A model generated the notes under the pieces. It saw only the letters and a list, made by a program, of their open reading frames with translations. It ran no database searches and was not told the DNA's origin. A DNA stretch of 64,000 nt from an uncultured virus (IMG/VR IMGVR_UViG_3300020049_015566) (Duplodnaviria; Heunggongvirae; Uroviricota; Caudoviricetes), in IMG/VR virus record IMGVR_UViG_3300020049_015566, one strand, 5' to 3'. A program made the position numbers and the translations under genes. Below, piece by piece: positions 19,343-30,267 of the stretch (position 1 is its first letter; each line of letters begins with the position of its first letter).

Positions 19343-20055
19343 TATGCTCCAGTGATTGGATCAGTTGTCCGGGCTGCCACCAGGAACCGAACGGGGTTGG
19401 CGTCATAGGCTGACACCCCAGACAGGGTTCCGATCAGGTCAGCCAGGGTGGCCTGGAGCTGCTCAACCATCCGGTAGGGGTCCAGTTTACCCAGGCGGGT
19501 AAACTTGGAGTCCGCCTCCTCCTGGGAGGAGGCAAACCGGCTGGCCAAGCTGGTGGCTTTGAGCAGGGCAGCCTGAACCGCAATGGCGTCATTCACGGAA
19601 AGCGAGGTCACCCCCCCAGAGGCCAGGAGGTCAGGAAGGCTCGGGATAGTGGTCAGCAGGGTAAAATAGGCCTGTATCAGGTCGACATCCCCATCTTCCA
19701 GCTCATCCTGCGTCATCCCCAGCAGGGACCGGACCGTTTCAGGGGTACAGGTCATGGGGATAAAGGCCACCAGCCGGTAGTTCACCCGAATGGTGTGGGG
19801 GAACCCCTGGTAGGTGAAGAAGCCATGCACAAACCGGGTCTCAAGGGTTCCTGAGATGGCCGGTGTGTTGTCCAAGGCATCGACGGAGTAGTCGAGGTAT
19901 GTCCCTGGGACGGTGAAGCCCGTAGGCCCGTCCAAGACCTCCCCGGAGTTCCCCCGTAAGGTGACCTGGACGGAGCCTGGGTCCGGCACCACAGGCACCC
20001 CACCAACCAGGAACTCCAGGCGTACCGTAAGCGCTGTGTCAGTGATGTGCCACAT
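19342..20055 (-). CDS. Putative head-tail adaptor
   Basis: C-terminal TPETVRSLLG...ELED helical domain typical of adaptors; position downstream of the capsid gene. Confidence 0.5.
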   Translation of the reverse strand: MWHITDTALTVRLEFLVGGVPVVPDPGSVQVTLRGNSGEVLDGPTGFTVPGTYLDYSVDALDNTPAISGTLETRFVHGFFTYQGFPHTIRVNYRLVAFIPMTCTPETVRSLLGMTQDELEDGDVDLIQAYFTLLTTIPSLPDLLASGGVTSLSVNDAIAVQAALLKATSLASRFASSQEEADSKFTRLGKLDPYRMVEQLQATLADLIGTLSGVSAYDANPVRFLVAARTTDPITGA

Positions 20056-20061
20056 GGGGGA

Positions 20062-20325
20062 TTACTCCTTGACGGGCTTCTTCTTGAGACTGGCGATGAC
20101 CTGCTCGATGGTTTGACCCTTGGCAAGGGCAGCGGCCAGCTGGGCGTCGGTAAAGTCTGCCGGGACATCCTCACAGAGGATCTTGACCTGCTCAAGACCG
20201 ACCCGCTGGGCGTAAAACGAGGTCTTCTCGATCACGCCGGGGCGGTTGGCTTCGAGATCATTCGAGGCCTTGCCGTGGAAATCCATCAGGCCGAAGTTCC
20301 CGGTGGTCTGGGCGATAACTTTCAT
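20062..20325 (-). CDS. Small virion-module protein
   Basis: Start moved to MKVIAQTT, which has GGAG upstream; lies after the capsid terminator. Confidence 0.55.
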   Translation of the reverse strand: MKVIAQTTGNFGLMDFHGKASNDLEANRPGVIEKTSFYAQRVGLEQVKILCEDVPADFTDAQLAAALAKGQTIEQVIASLKKKPVKE

Positions 20326-20335
20326 GGGTGACTCC

Positions 20336-20367
20336 AAAAGAAATGGGGCAGCTTTCGCTGCCCCATT
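20336..20367 (-). terminator. Rho-independent terminator after the major capsid gene
   Basis: 11-bp stem aatggggcagc-tttc-gctgccccatt with adjacent A-tract. Confidence 0.8.
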
Positions 20368-20397
20368 ATGGCGTGCTTCTTGAGGCACAGCAACCCG

Positions 20398-21594
20398 TTA
20401 CGGAGCGGTTGCCGGCACAGTGATCAGGAAGCGGGTGTCGCCGAACACCAGGCGGTAACCGGTCACTTCCGACTTGACGTACAGAATGGACTGGTTCTTG
20501 ATCGAGCGTTCGGATTCGGACAGGTTGCTACCCGATTCCTGCAGCTCTTCCAGGGTTTCCGCCTTGACATAGGCCAGGATGCGGTTGGCCGCCATGGTGC
20601 TGGACAACACCACGTTGACGTTACCGTTCATGACCGGCAGGTTGATGGCCGGAGCACCCTTGGACACCAGGGCGGACGCTTCGGAAGCGTTACCGGCCAG
20701 GGTCGGGGTGAACAGGAACATGAACTCGATGTACATGTCGAAGTTACAGAGCAGGGTATCAATCATGATACCTTCCTTCCACTTCGTCATCAGGAAGGCA
20801 GCAATTGCACGGTAGTTGTCCTTGAGGGACTTACCAGAAGCGCCATTCCAGCCATAGGAGGTCAGGTTCTCGGCAGTAGCCGCACCATTCACTCCATCAC
20901 CGTTGGACAGCACCAGCGTTGCGGCGCGGACCTTCGACAGCTCCAGGCGGCGAGCCACGCGGGAGGCATACGGGGTCACGATGTCCAGGCTCGCACGACG
21001 GTTGAACTCGTAGGAGAACTGGTAGCCGGAGCCATGCTTCCACATCTTCACGCGGCTTTCGCCGGTGCGAACGGTGGCGACCGGGATACGGCCGAGTTCG
21101 GACACGGTGTAGGTGTCGTCGTTGCCTTCGGTGTCTTCAATGACCGTCGAAACCATCTCGACGCCGCTGATAACACGGGTCTGGGCGACCATGGCCGCGG
21201 TGTTTTCGATCTGGTCGATACGGCCTTGCTGACGCAGCATGTCGTCCAACACTTCCGGGAACATGGCGCGGGTGCCGCTGTAGGTCTGGAAGGTGTCGGC
21301 GGCAGCTTGCAGCAGGACGCCCTGCTCCAGGTTGTCGGCGAACGGCAGGTTCAACAGGGCCAGCGAGGCTTCGTAACCGTTCAGGCCGGCGCGGACGTTA
21401 CGCTCGGCGTGCTCGCCGGCGTGGACATCAACAGCCAGGGTCAGGTAGTCACGCAGGCCGAGGCCGGCATCACGGGCCTGGGCCAGCAGTTTCATACCGG
21501 CTTCGGAAGACACCTGGTTGCTGTCGGAGAGCAAGCCCTTGGTGACTTCCTCAACTGGGCGGCGCTTGGCGGCGATTTCACTCAAAGTAGGCAT
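20398..21594 (-). CDS. Major capsid protein
   Basis: 398 aa; VSELGRIP...KHGSGYQFSYE resembles an HK97-fold pattern; gene order portal-scaffold-decoration-capsid; followed by a terminator. Confidence 0.85.
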   Translation of the reverse strand: MPTLSEIAAKRRPVEEVTKGLLSDSNQVSSEAGMKLLAQARDAGLGLRDYLTLAVDVHAGEHAERNVRAGLNGYEASLALLNLPFADNLEQGVLLQAAADTFQTYSGTRAMFPEVLDDMLRQQGRIDQIENTAAMVAQTRVISGVEMVSTVIEDTEGNDDTYTVSELGRIPVATVRTGESRVKMWKHGSGYQFSYEFNRRASLDIVTPYASRVARRLELSKVRAATLVLSNGDGVNGAATAENLTSYGWNGASGKSLKDNYRAIAAFLMTKWKEGIMIDTLLCNFDMYIEFMFLFTPTLAGNASEASALVSKGAPAINLPVMNGNVNVVLSSTMAANRILAYVKAETLEELQESGSNLSESERSIKNQSILYVKSEVTGYRLVFGDTRFLITVPATAP

Positions 21595-21608
21595 CTCGGC
21601 GGCTCCTA

Positions 21609-22013
21609 TTACATGATCAGGACGGTGGCAACGGCGTTCGGCGAGGTGCCGACGATGTTCACCACGCGGTTGCGGGTATCAGTACCCTTCTTGACGGTCG
21701 CCGCAGCGCCGCCGACCACAGAGTCACCGATGGCGACAGTATCAGCAGCCAGAACCGGGAAGTCAAAACCACCCTTGGTTTCGACGGTACCGACCTTCAG
21801 GCCTTCGATCGTGCGGTCTTCAAAGGCCACCAGCTTGCCGAGGATCAGCGAACCGGTCGTGGCGAGGATCACGGTGTTGGCGACCGTACCCATGGCGACA
21901 GGCTTGCCGATGTCCGCTACCGTAATGGAAGCGTCCAGCAGAAAGGTGAACATGAAGTCTTCTTGGGGGATGCCACGGAGGGACACACCACCGGAACCGA
22001 TATTGGCAGACAT
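21609..22013 (-). CDS. Capsid decoration / cement protein
   Basis: 134 aa, rich in Gly/Val/Thr, located between scaffold and capsid genes. Confidence 0.6.
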   Translation of the reverse strand: MSANIGSGGVSLRGIPQEDFMFTFLLDASITVADIGKPVAMGTVANTVILATTGSLILGKLVAFEDRTIEGLKVGTVETKGGFDFPVLAADTVAIGDSVVGGAAATVKKGTDTRNRVVNIVGTSPNAVATVLIM

Positions 22014-22025
22014 GGTCTGACCTCC

Positions 22026-23192
22026 TTAGCGATGTTGTTTCGGGGTTTTGAAGGCCGAGTCGCGGCCGGCGTTGACCGGCTTGGCGGGTTCGGCAGAGGC
22101 CCGCAGGGAGATCCCTTCGGGAACAACCTTGAACGGGTGAGCCGCAACGGGGGCCGAAGCCTCGGAGGCTGCCACCAGTTGATCAACCTTCTCGGTCATG
22201 GTGGAGAGCTGGGTGGCAACGCCACCTTCTTCAGCCACCAGACCCACGAGGGCCTCGGCCTTTTCCACCAGCGGGTTGAGCTTGGCGATCGCCTCGTCCT
22301 GGCCGGTCACCTTCTCAGAGAGCTGGGCCAAGGTTTCGAGCTTTTCGCCCTGGGCCTTGAGCAGGGCCGCCTGTTCGCCGATGACCTTGGTCTGGGCGGT
22401 CAGGGTCGTGCCCTGCTCGTCGATGACCTTGGCCTGGTCGGTGACCTTGTCGGACAGCTCTTTCAGGCTGGCCTTCAGTTCTTCGATCTCTTTCATGTCA
22501 ATCTCTTCCCCGAGTGTGGGTGAGGCAAAAAGCGTTTTGTGCTCCAGATTATTGCCGGATGCCGCCAGAGAGTCAAATTGACTTGCAAGCAGGCGTTTCT
22601 TCGCCCCCAGGACCTTGGCGCCGGTGGAGGCCCCCTTGGAGACCAGGGACAACTCCATGAACTTCTTCACGCCATCGAGCAAAAGGCGATAGCCACCCAT
22701 GCCGAGGACATGACCATTGTCGCAAACACGGGTCCAGAGGTTCTCTTCATTGGCCGGGTCGGCGTAGTCGAAGGTACAACCGGAGCAGAGCATGCGTTCG
22801 GGCATCAGGCCGACAGAGACTTCTTCGATGATACCGTTGTCGAGCTTGGAAGCCAGCTCGGCATCATCGGTGTAGAACAGGGTATGCAGGTTGTTGATAC
22901 CCTGGGCGTCGACGCCGACAGTCCCCTGGAACAGGCGACCCACCGGCAGTTCATAGCCTTGCTCGTGCAGGGTATGCAAGGGCACGAATTCGCCGGTGTT
23001 CAACTTGGCGGCGGCCTGTTCCATCGTGTTGCGGGTGACAAGGGCCCCATCGAAGATCGACCACTTCTTGGAGATCGGATGGCCGGTGACGGCAATGGCC
23101 TCGAACACCGCAAGGCTGTCAAAGTTCACTTCCTCACCGACGGAGGAGGTGATGGCCGCCTTGATGGCATCAGTAATCGGGATACGTTTCAT
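22026..23192 (-). CDS. Prohead protease / scaffold protein
   Basis: LHTLH...PVGR...EVSVG...ELSLVSKGA protease-like N-terminus with a coiled-coil C-terminus. Confidence 0.75.
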   Translation of the reverse strand: MKRIPITDAIKAAITSSVGEEVNFDSLAVFEAIAVTGHPISKKWSIFDGALVTRNTMEQAAAKLNTGEFVPLHTLHEQGYELPVGRLFQGTVGVDAQGINNLHTLFYTDDAELASKLDNGIIEEVSVGLMPERMLCSGCTFDYADPANEENLWTRVCDNGHVLGMGGYRLLLDGVKKFMELSLVSKGASTGAKVLGAKKRLLASQFDSLAASGNNLEHKTLFASPTLGEEIDMKEIEELKASLKELSDKVTDQAKVIDEQGTTLTAQTKVIGEQAALLKAQGEKLETLAQLSEKVTGQDEAIAKLNPLVEKAEALVGLVAEEGGVATQLSTMTEKVDQLVAASEASAPVAAHPFKVVPEGISLRASAEPAKPVNAGRDSAFKTPKQHR

Positions 23193-23251
23193 GGGTTCAC
23201 CCTGGATTTATACCTAAATGATACAGAAACTGCTTTGACAGGCAAGTCTTT

Positions 23252-24757
23252 TCACTTGCCGGCCGCTGGTTTCGGCGTGGCGTTCGACGCCGGAGCCTTC
23301 GTCCGTGCCGAAGCGACACTCCGCCCCGTGGGGTCGGTGTTCGGGCTGACGGCGTTCGGGTCAACAGGACCCTGGTCGGACTTCGACATGAAGCCGGTCC
23401 CGCTGAGGATCGGCGCCGAATCCGGCCGGATGCGGCCGTACATCTTCAGGTGATACTCATCATCGTCGATGATCCCGTCGGAAAGATCCTGACGGAGGCG
23501 GGCCGAGCGCAGATTGAGCTGCGGTTCCAGCTCAAGCTCCGGCCGGAGCTCGACAGATTGGAATTCGCAGGACACCATGGACTGGGAGCCGGTCATACGC
23601 AGGGCCATGGTCAGGACCTGGCCGAGCAGCTCGGCGATGGGCTCGTTGAGCTCCTGGGCAGTCATCGAGAAGATACGGGCCTCGACCGACGCGGTGTTCA
23701 CCCCGCTCTCCCCCCGGCCCAGGATGGTGGAGACCGCCCGCAGGCCCGCCTGGTTCTGGGCGTTCAGGGTCTTGATGATCGGTTCGATGTTGAGAGCCAT
23801 GCCTGGTTTGCCTTCATTCATCATGCCGACGTCGATGGAGTCGGTGTGGACGAAAGGCTGATCCGGCCGCAGGTTGCCGACGGCGCCGGAGATGGCCGAG
23901 ATCTGGGCGGCGACATAGGCGTCCTTCTTGCCGGGGTCCGACTTGACCGCCGGCGGGGCGTTCTTGATCAGAACCTCTTCGAGAACGGTCAGCTCCATAC
24001 GAGGGTAGCCAGTGACCTGCATGATCCGATAGAGGTCATTGATGACCTGCTGGCGGGCGGCGATGGTGTTGATCGCCGATACGAACGGGCTGTTCGGGTA
24101 GAGCGTGGTCGGGTCCTGCCGGAAGAAGCTGACGAAGAAGGTCGGGTAGTTGAGGTCAACGTCGTCCTGGCCGGAGACGGCCTGCTTGGGCAAGGCGTAG
24201 CCGTTCTTCTGCTCGAACCACTTCAGGGAGACAGGGTCGATCATCCGGATCTCGTCGAAGATCCCATCCTTGGTGAAGACCATCTCGGCGGCCAGCATGC
24301 CTCGCAAGAGGATCATGTAGCGCATGGACTCACACAGCGCCTTCAGCGAAGGGCGGAATTCAAAGCCCTTGGAGTAATCATACCGGGTGGTCAGGGTCAG
24401 CAGGATTGCATTGAGGACCTTCTGGCCCTGCCGGTCGATCTTCCCATCGGCATCCTTGGCGATGCAGACCAGATTGGTGTTGGCCACGGTCAGGTAGGCC
24501 GAGGTGGCCGCACTCATGTCCGGATCATTGACCATCAGGTTCTTGATCAGGGTCCGGGCGTCGGAAGCCTGACGGGTATCGAAAATGTCCGTCAGGTGTT
24601 CACGGTAGGCCGGGATGGTCAGCACCGTACTGGGGGAGGCCGGGTTGAACGTCGGGGTAATCGCCTTGGCCGGGGGCTTGCCCTTGGGCAGGATCACCGA
24701 CAGGGTCTTGGCTGCAAGGCCACCGGCGGCGAACAGGGAACGGGTTTGATCGGTCAT
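23252..24757 (-). CDS. Portal protein
   Basis: 501 aa directly downstream of the large terminase, with ATGA overlap. Confidence 0.8.
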   Translation of the reverse strand: MTDQTRSLFAAGGLAAKTLSVILPKGKPPAKAITPTFNPASPSTVLTIPAYREHLTDIFDTRQASDARTLIKNLMVNDPDMSAATSAYLTVANTNLVCIAKDADGKIDRQGQKVLNAILLTLTTRYDYSKGFEFRPSLKALCESMRYMILLRGMLAAEMVFTKDGIFDEIRMIDPVSLKWFEQKNGYALPKQAVSGQDDVDLNYPTFFVSFFRQDPTTLYPNSPFVSAINTIAARQQVINDLYRIMQVTGYPRMELTVLEEVLIKNAPPAVKSDPGKKDAYVAAQISAISGAVGNLRPDQPFVHTDSIDVGMMNEGKPGMALNIEPIIKTLNAQNQAGLRAVSTILGRGESGVNTASVEARIFSMTAQELNEPIAELLGQVLTMALRMTGSQSMVSCEFQSVELRPELELEPQLNLRSARLRQDLSDGIIDDDEYHLKMYGRIRPDSAPILSGTGFMSKSDQGPVDPNAVSPNTDPTGRSVASARTKAPASNATPKPAAGK

Positions 24758-26562
24758 GGTTGTCTGAGCCCCAGGCCTTGGCGGAATGACCCGCCCTGTT
24801 TGAAATTGGACTTGGTGGGATGAACGTGGGCCAGCATCCCTTGGAGGGCTTGCTGGGCCGACATGTCAACGCCGCCGATAAAGATCGTGCTTCGGACTTC
24901 CGGCCTGGCCCCGCCAGGGCCGGTATAGTCCCCGGTGTAAATCTTAACAGCCGTGAAGGCAAAACCCAAACTGTGGAAATAGTGGTCCTGGCCGTTGAGC
25001 TTGATCCAGGCCGCCGGTTTCTCGGGCGACTCGTCGCGGACCATGTCCTTGAGGTGCTCCTTGATCACCTCACGCTGGGTACCGAACCCGGACAGTCTCA
25101 CTCGCCGCCGGCGGATCAGGTTGGCGACGGTGTCGAGCAGGTCGGTTCGGTTGGCCTGGATGCACTTGGCGGTGTCGGTCTTGTCGGAGATCTCGGCGGA
25201 ACCTCGGTATTCACAGGGCACGATGAGACCATTGGACAGGTCGAAGAGCTCGTTCGCAGTCGGAGTGTAGGGGTGGCGGTCACAGGTGCCCCCCACGATC
25301 AGGTAATCCAGCATCAGCTGCTTGACCTTCTCGATCAGGTCGTCCGCCTTGACGGTCTCGAACAGCACGGTTTCCATGTTGTCGAGCTCAACCTGCTGGC
25401 TTCCACCCTTCGGCTGCAGCAGCGTGATGTGGCAGACCAGCCCGAGGTCGATGCCGATGAAGGTCGGAATACGGCGTGCCTGGTCGTTGTGGACGACGGG
25501 GGTGCCGAAGCAGGATTCGATCACGCCGTCGTTGAGCCGGATATCCCCATCCTGGTAGGTTTCACCCAGCACGGTGTTATACCAGCCGCGCAGAAAGCCC
25601 TTGAGCTTGTACTCCAGCAGCTTCTGGATGATGTAGCCGGGGGAGAGGGTAGCGACGGAGAACGGGCGCACCCGGTAGCCGCGGCTGTTGGTCCGGTGAG
25701 GGTACTTAGGCACCCAGTTGCGGTTGTCCGAACGGCCCAGGTCGAGCCCCAGATGGCACTTCTCGCACTGGACGTAACAGGCGTCCAGGTCGAGGCGGAA
25801 CTTGTCGAGGATGTTCTGGTCGAGCTCCATCAGGGGGATATCATCAGACAGGCCGGGGGTTCGGACCCAACGCTTGTCGAACAGCGGGACCTGCCAGTGG
25901 TTGCAGTGGTCGCACTTGACGAAATACTCATGCTGGTCGGAGGTCTCGAAGGTCTGCGAGATCCCGAAGCCCTCGAAGGTAGGGGTCGAGAAGGCCTGCC
26001 GGATCTTGAGGTCGGAAGCCTGCATCCGGGAGGAGAACAGGGCGAGCTTGTCTTGCGGGGACAGGTCGACCTCATCGTTGAAGACGGCGTCCGCCGGCGT
26101 CGAGGTAGCCTCCCCCTCCGAACAGCCGGTGACCAGCAGGAACGAGGAGTCGATCTGGATGATATTGTAGGAACGGATCTGGGCGGAGCCGGCCTCCTTG
26201 GCCAGGTTGAAGACCTTGTTGTCGTTCAGCAGCGGCTGGATACGGGTCTGCGAGGTCTTCTTCTGCATCTCATCGTTCGGGAAGGTGAAGATGAGGGTAC
26301 GCCCGCGGTTGCGGGTGACGAAGGCGGCGGCCTTGCGGATTTGAACCTCCGAAAGCCCCACCTGCGATATCTTCATACAACTCAGGTTCGGGTGCATGTC
26401 GTCGCAGATCTGTTTCTGGAAAGGGAACTTCCTGAAATTGAAAGGCATGCCCCGCAAGGTGGTGTTCTTGCAGACCCAGTCGGACATGCTCATGTCCGAA
26501 GCGTCGACGGAGAACCGGGAGCGGGCCTCGTTGATGAGGCCGAGGGCATACTTATTGGACAT
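24754..26562 (-). CDS. terL: Terminase large subunit (GpA-like)
   Basis: MKISQVGLSE Walker A variant, VFNDEVD Walker B, FSTPT, CDHC/CEKC Zn motifs, IGID and DHYFHS nuclease motifs. Confidence 0.92.
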   Translation of the reverse strand: MSNKYALGLINEARSRFSVDASDMSMSDWVCKNTTLRGMPFNFRKFPFQKQICDDMHPNLSCMKISQVGLSEVQIRKAAAFVTRNRGRTLIFTFPNDEMQKKTSQTRIQPLLNDNKVFNLAKEAGSAQIRSYNIIQIDSSFLLVTGCSEGEATSTPADAVFNDEVDLSPQDKLALFSSRMQASDLKIRQAFSTPTFEGFGISQTFETSDQHEYFVKCDHCNHWQVPLFDKRWVRTPGLSDDIPLMELDQNILDKFRLDLDACYVQCEKCHLGLDLGRSDNRNWVPKYPHRTNSRGYRVRPFSVATLSPGYIIQKLLEYKLKGFLRGWYNTVLGETYQDGDIRLNDGVIESCFGTPVVHNDQARRIPTFIGIDLGLVCHITLLQPKGGSQQVELDNMETVLFETVKADDLIEKVKQLMLDYLIVGGTCDRHPYTPTANELFDLSNGLIVPCEYRGSAEISDKTDTAKCIQANRTDLLDTVANLIRRRRVRLSGFGTQREVIKEHLKDMVRDESPEKPAAWIKLNGQDHYFHSLGFAFTAVKIYTGDYTGPGGARPEVRSTIFIGGVDMSAQQALQGMLAHVHPTKSNFKQGGSFRQGLGLRQP

Positions 26563-26694
26563 CAGCTTGCGCTCCGACTGTTACATAATGAGAAAGCGGT
26601 TGTTAGATTTCTGTAAAATCTGCTGTCAAGAGTGGGACACCGCACCGACTTGAGGTTAGGATAGCAAGACACCCACCATTGCAGGAAGACCCAG

Positions 26695-27294
26695 ATGCTG
26701 GACAACTACTACCCCCCGGTGGACCTGGCGACAATCCGTATGCTGCCGATCCTGCTGCGGCAGATCGAAGACAGAGGGGCTGACGCCTTCCTGGAAGGTT
26801 CCCCCTACCCTGAAGATGCACGCTCGATCCTGAAGCAGATCCTGGCGCCGGATGACGGCCGCGATTTCGAAACAATCCCTCAAGGTATCAACCCGTCGGA
26901 GGAAGAGATCAGCGAGGCGATGCTGCTGCTGGAAGGGGACAACATCGAGCGCGAGCTGGCGATCCTGTACAGCAAGATGCGAGCGTTCGGAGCCACCCTG
27001 GAGGGTCGGGCGGGGGGTGAGGATGGCGCCCCGAAGGCCAAGGCCTCGGACAAGTCGAGCTACTTCCGCACCACCGTCAGTTTGATGTCGAAAATCGTCG
27101 AACTTCGTGAAAAAGCCTCGAACGTCAGCCAATGGCTGGCCTTCAAGAACCGGGTGATGTCGCTTCTCAGCTCGATCATGACCCCGGACCAGCGAAACGC
27201 CTTCCTGGAAGCCCTGGAAGCCGAATTCGGCCAGCCAGTGGCTGAGACAACCGTCGAAAACACCCCTGAAACCCCCGAAAAACCCCTGGATTAA
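26695..27294 (+). CDS. Hypothetical helical protein divergent from terL (possible small terminase)
   Basis: 199-aa ORF ending 10 bp before the primase start; function inferred only from its position next to terL. Confidence 0.5.
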   Translation: MLDNYYPPVDLATIRMLPILLRQIEDRGADAFLEGSPYPEDARSILKQILAPDDGRDFETIPQGINPSEEEISEAMLLLEGDNIERELAILYSKMRAFGATLEGRAGGEDGAPKAKASDKSSYFRTTVSLMSKIVELREKASNVSQWLAFKNRVMSLLSSIMTPDQRNAFLEALEAEFGQPVAETTVENTPETPEKPLD

Positions 27295-27304
27295 GGAAAA
27301 AACC

Positions 27305-29749
27305 ATGTCGAACAATGGTATCTTTGCCGCGACCGCTCCTGCGTATTTTGCACGAAACATCCCTGTAATACCGCTGTATCAGAACGAAAAACGACCGATT
27401 CCGACGGGTTGGAACCGCTTTGCGGATGAAATGCCCAACCGTGACGAGCAAGACGCCTGGCTGAATAGCTGTGCCAGGGGGAATATCGGGCTGGTGCTCG
27501 GAAAACAGTCCGGCGTTTCGGTCATGGACATCGACACGGAAGACCCCGTATTGATCGAGATGATCAAGAAGTTGATGCCGGTCAGCCCCTGGCACCGGGT
27601 GGGCAAGAAGGGCCTCGTTATCGCCTTCCGCTATAACGGAATCAAGACCTTCCGCATCAAGTCATCGGAAGGGGCCAGTATTTGCGAATTCCTGAGCGAT
27701 CGCACGCAGGTTGTACTGCCCCCTTCGATCCACCCGGACACCAAACGCCCCTACACGGCGAACTGTGAGCTCCTGGACGTGATTTCGATGCTCCCCGAGT
27801 GCCCGGCGGACATCGAGATGAAACTGCGCGAAGCCCTGGAGAAATCCGGGGTGAAGCTGTCGAGCTCCGGCTGGTCGCGGGTGACGGAGTTCGTTGCGCC
27901 TGGCACACGGGACATCAACCTCACCGAAAAGGCCGGGTTGTTCGCCTATGCCGTGATGCGGGGCGAGCGCAGTCTCAAGGAAGCGATCGGGATGTTGCGC
28001 TCCTACAATGAGTCGATGATCCAGAATGTCGCCGGCGATGCGATGGACATCGAGAAGCATGTCAAGAATCTGGCGATGTTCCTGCATCGGGATGTCTACA
28101 ACAAGAAGAAAGTGCTGCCAGAAGGCTGGGACAAGGACCTGTCGGCGGAAGAGAAGACCGCCCTGGGGTGTGATTTCGACAAGGACCTCGAAGAGTGGAA
28201 GGCCGACGAGATCATGTCCCACCTTCGCACCCAGTTCGAGGTTGACGAAGGCAATGGCGGCCCGGACAGCATGGCCGCTGTCGAGAAGATGCTGGTCAAG
28301 GTTTCCCACTCCCGCAACCTGACCGAACTGGAAAAGGACCGCATTCTGAACTACATGGCCAAGTCGTCAGGCTGTCAGGTGACGGCCGCCAACTTGCGGA
28401 AACACCTGCGGACGATCATGAAGTCGGACGGGATCGAAGGCATCAACCACACCGAGATTGCCCAGGCGCTCATTGAAGACGTCCAGCAGATCCATCCGGT
28501 TCACTTCCACGTTGGCAAGTTCTGGAAGTGGAACGGGGCCTTCTGGGAGCTCCTGCAGGAAGGCTGGCTGATCTCGAAGCTCTCCGAGAATTACGGTCAG
28601 ATGAAGGCGGCCAGCAAGTTCAATGATATGCGAGGCATCATCGGACTGATGCGAACCCTGGTGGAGCAGGGGCTGTCGGCTCTGCAGAGCGAAGTACGGG
28701 TGATCAACTTCGCCAACGGGATTCTGGTGATGGACCGCAACGGGACGAAGCAGATCCTGCCGCACAACAAGGACTTTGGATTGACCTACCTGTTGCCCTT
28801 CCGCTACCTGGGGACTGACGAGCGGGTGAACCTGCAGAAGTCAGCGCCGCGGTTTGCGAACTTCCTGGAAACCTCCTGGGGGCAGGATGAGGACTACCTG
28901 GAGAAGGTGCTGGCGTTACAGGAAATGATGGCCGTTACACTTTTTGGACAGGGATCGACGTATCAGCGGGCGTTCCTGCTGCACGGCGCACCGAAGTCAG
29001 GGAAGTCGCAGCTGTTGAAGATCGTATCCTCGCTGGTCCCCGATGAGGCAAAATCCGCGGTAAACCCCGTGGATTGGGCTTCGGAATTCGAGCCGGTTGC
29101 GATGTACAAGAAGCTGCTGAACATTGCAGGAGAACTGTCTGGCACCAGGAGAATTGATGGTCAGCGTTTCAAGGATATCGTCGATGGCTCCGAGATCATG
29201 GGGCGCCACAAATTCCAGGACTCCTTCCTGTTCCGCGTGACCTGCACCCACTGGTTCGCGTCGAACCATTTTCCGCGCACCGAGGACTCCTCAGAGGGCT
29301 TTACCCGGCGCTGGTTGGTGCTGGATTTCAGACATCCTGTTCCTGAAGGCAAGCGGGTTGTCGGTCTGGGAGACGAAATCGTCGCCGAGGAGCGCGAAGC
29401 TATCGCCATGTGGGCGGTCGAAGGCATGCAGCGCTTGTTGATGCAGACGGATTACACCTTACCGGGGTCTCACCGGAAGATTGTGGAAGAGATGGCGAAC
29501 CTGAACAATGTTGTGAGGGCGTTTGTCAGTGGTTGTCACGACATCGTGGTAGGAGAAGGCGGTCAGGTTCCAGAACTGGAGCTCTATCACATGTTCTGGG
29601 CCTTTAACCTTCAGACGACCCAACAGAAGGCCTGCTCCATTCCGGAATTCCGCGCCAAGATGCGGGAACTGGCCATTGGCGGGGGCTTCACCGTTGAGGG
29701 TGAGGGAGGGGATGTGAGGTACGTCGGGATCAAGAAGGGGAAGCGGTAG
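27305..29749 (+). CDS. Bifunctional Prim-Pol primase fused to D5-like SF3 helicase
   Basis: NIGLVLG..VMDID..VVLPPSIHPDT Prim-Pol motifs; INFANG, GAPKSGKS Walker A, ASNHFP and RRWLVLDF. Confidence 0.92.
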   Translation: MSNNGIFAATAPAYFARNIPVIPLYQNEKRPIPTGWNRFADEMPNRDEQDAWLNSCARGNIGLVLGKQSGVSVMDIDTEDPVLIEMIKKLMPVSPWHRVGKKGLVIAFRYNGIKTFRIKSSEGASICEFLSDRTQVVLPPSIHPDTKRPYTANCELLDVISMLPECPADIEMKLREALEKSGVKLSSSGWSRVTEFVAPGTRDINLTEKAGLFAYAVMRGERSLKEAIGMLRSYNESMIQNVAGDAMDIEKHVKNLAMFLHRDVYNKKKVLPEGWDKDLSAEEKTALGCDFDKDLEEWKADEIMSHLRTQFEVDEGNGGPDSMAAVEKMLVKVSHSRNLTELEKDRILNYMAKSSGCQVTAANLRKHLRTIMKSDGIEGINHTEIAQALIEDVQQIHPVHFHVGKFWKWNGAFWELLQEGWLISKLSENYGQMKAASKFNDMRGIIGLMRTLVEQGLSALQSEVRVINFANGILVMDRNGTKQILPHNKDFGLTYLLPFRYLGTDERVNLQKSAPRFANFLETSWGQDEDYLEKVLALQEMMAVTLFGQGSTYQRAFLLHGAPKSGKSQLLKIVSSLVPDEAKSAVNPVDWASEFEPVAMYKKLLNIAGELSGTRRIDGQRFKDIVDGSEIMGRHKFQDSFLFRVTCTHWFASNHFPRTEDSSEGFTRRWLVLDFRHPVPEGKRVVGLGDEIVAEEREAIAMWAVEGMQRLLMQTDYTLPGSHRKIVEEMANLNNVVRAFVSGCHDIVVGEGGQVPELELYHMFWAFNLQTTQQKACSIPEFRAKMRELAIGGGFTVEGEGGDVRYVGIKKGKR

Positions 29750-29894
29750 GGCCCTGAGAGGGTTTAGGGCCCGGAGTTGAGGGGGAAGGGGCCACTGGCC
29801 ATGGCAGGGTAAGTGGTTTGGAGGGGGTGGTCGGAGTGGGGGCCGGAGGGGAGGCCGGTGCCTGGGCCGGTGGGTGGCCGATTTGATCCCCCCT

Positions 29895-29992
29895 CTGTTA
29901 CATAAAAACCTAAGCTACGTTTATAAGAGATTTTAGGGGGAAGAGTTAGAGAAATTCTTTATATGAGAGGGATCTTTTTTGTTATGTAACAG
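29895..29992. repeat. Module A copy 1: CTGTTACATA ... purine tract ... TATGTAACAG
   Basis: Inverted 10-mers at 29895 and 29983; 29895..29928 is identical to 63943..63976. Confidence 0.8.
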
Positions 29993-30267
29993 CCCAATTT
30001 TCTGAAAAATTCTGGCCGATCGAGGTGGCACTACCCGCGCAGGCGCACGCGCGTATACCATAAAGTGTACACCCCTTGCAAGCACTTTCTTCTGTTACAT
30101 TTCCTTACGTTTTATCGTGCTTTTTAGCACGAAAGACGGTTATTCTAACCCTGTCACCCCGCTGGGTGGCCCGGACAGGAGTCACGCCCAAGTTGCGTCT
30201 GTTTTTCGGAAATGGTGCAGTTAACTTTCCGCCCTTCGCACCACGGGCAAAATCGGAGTGTCAAAAC

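Noticed and set aside
678..26616. Long plus-strand ORFs opposite the structural genes (e.g. 20368..22020, 23450..24823, 24820..26616)
   Set aside because: Antisense shadows of high-GC coding sequence; no RBS or motifs, and the minus-strand genes are clearly recognisable.
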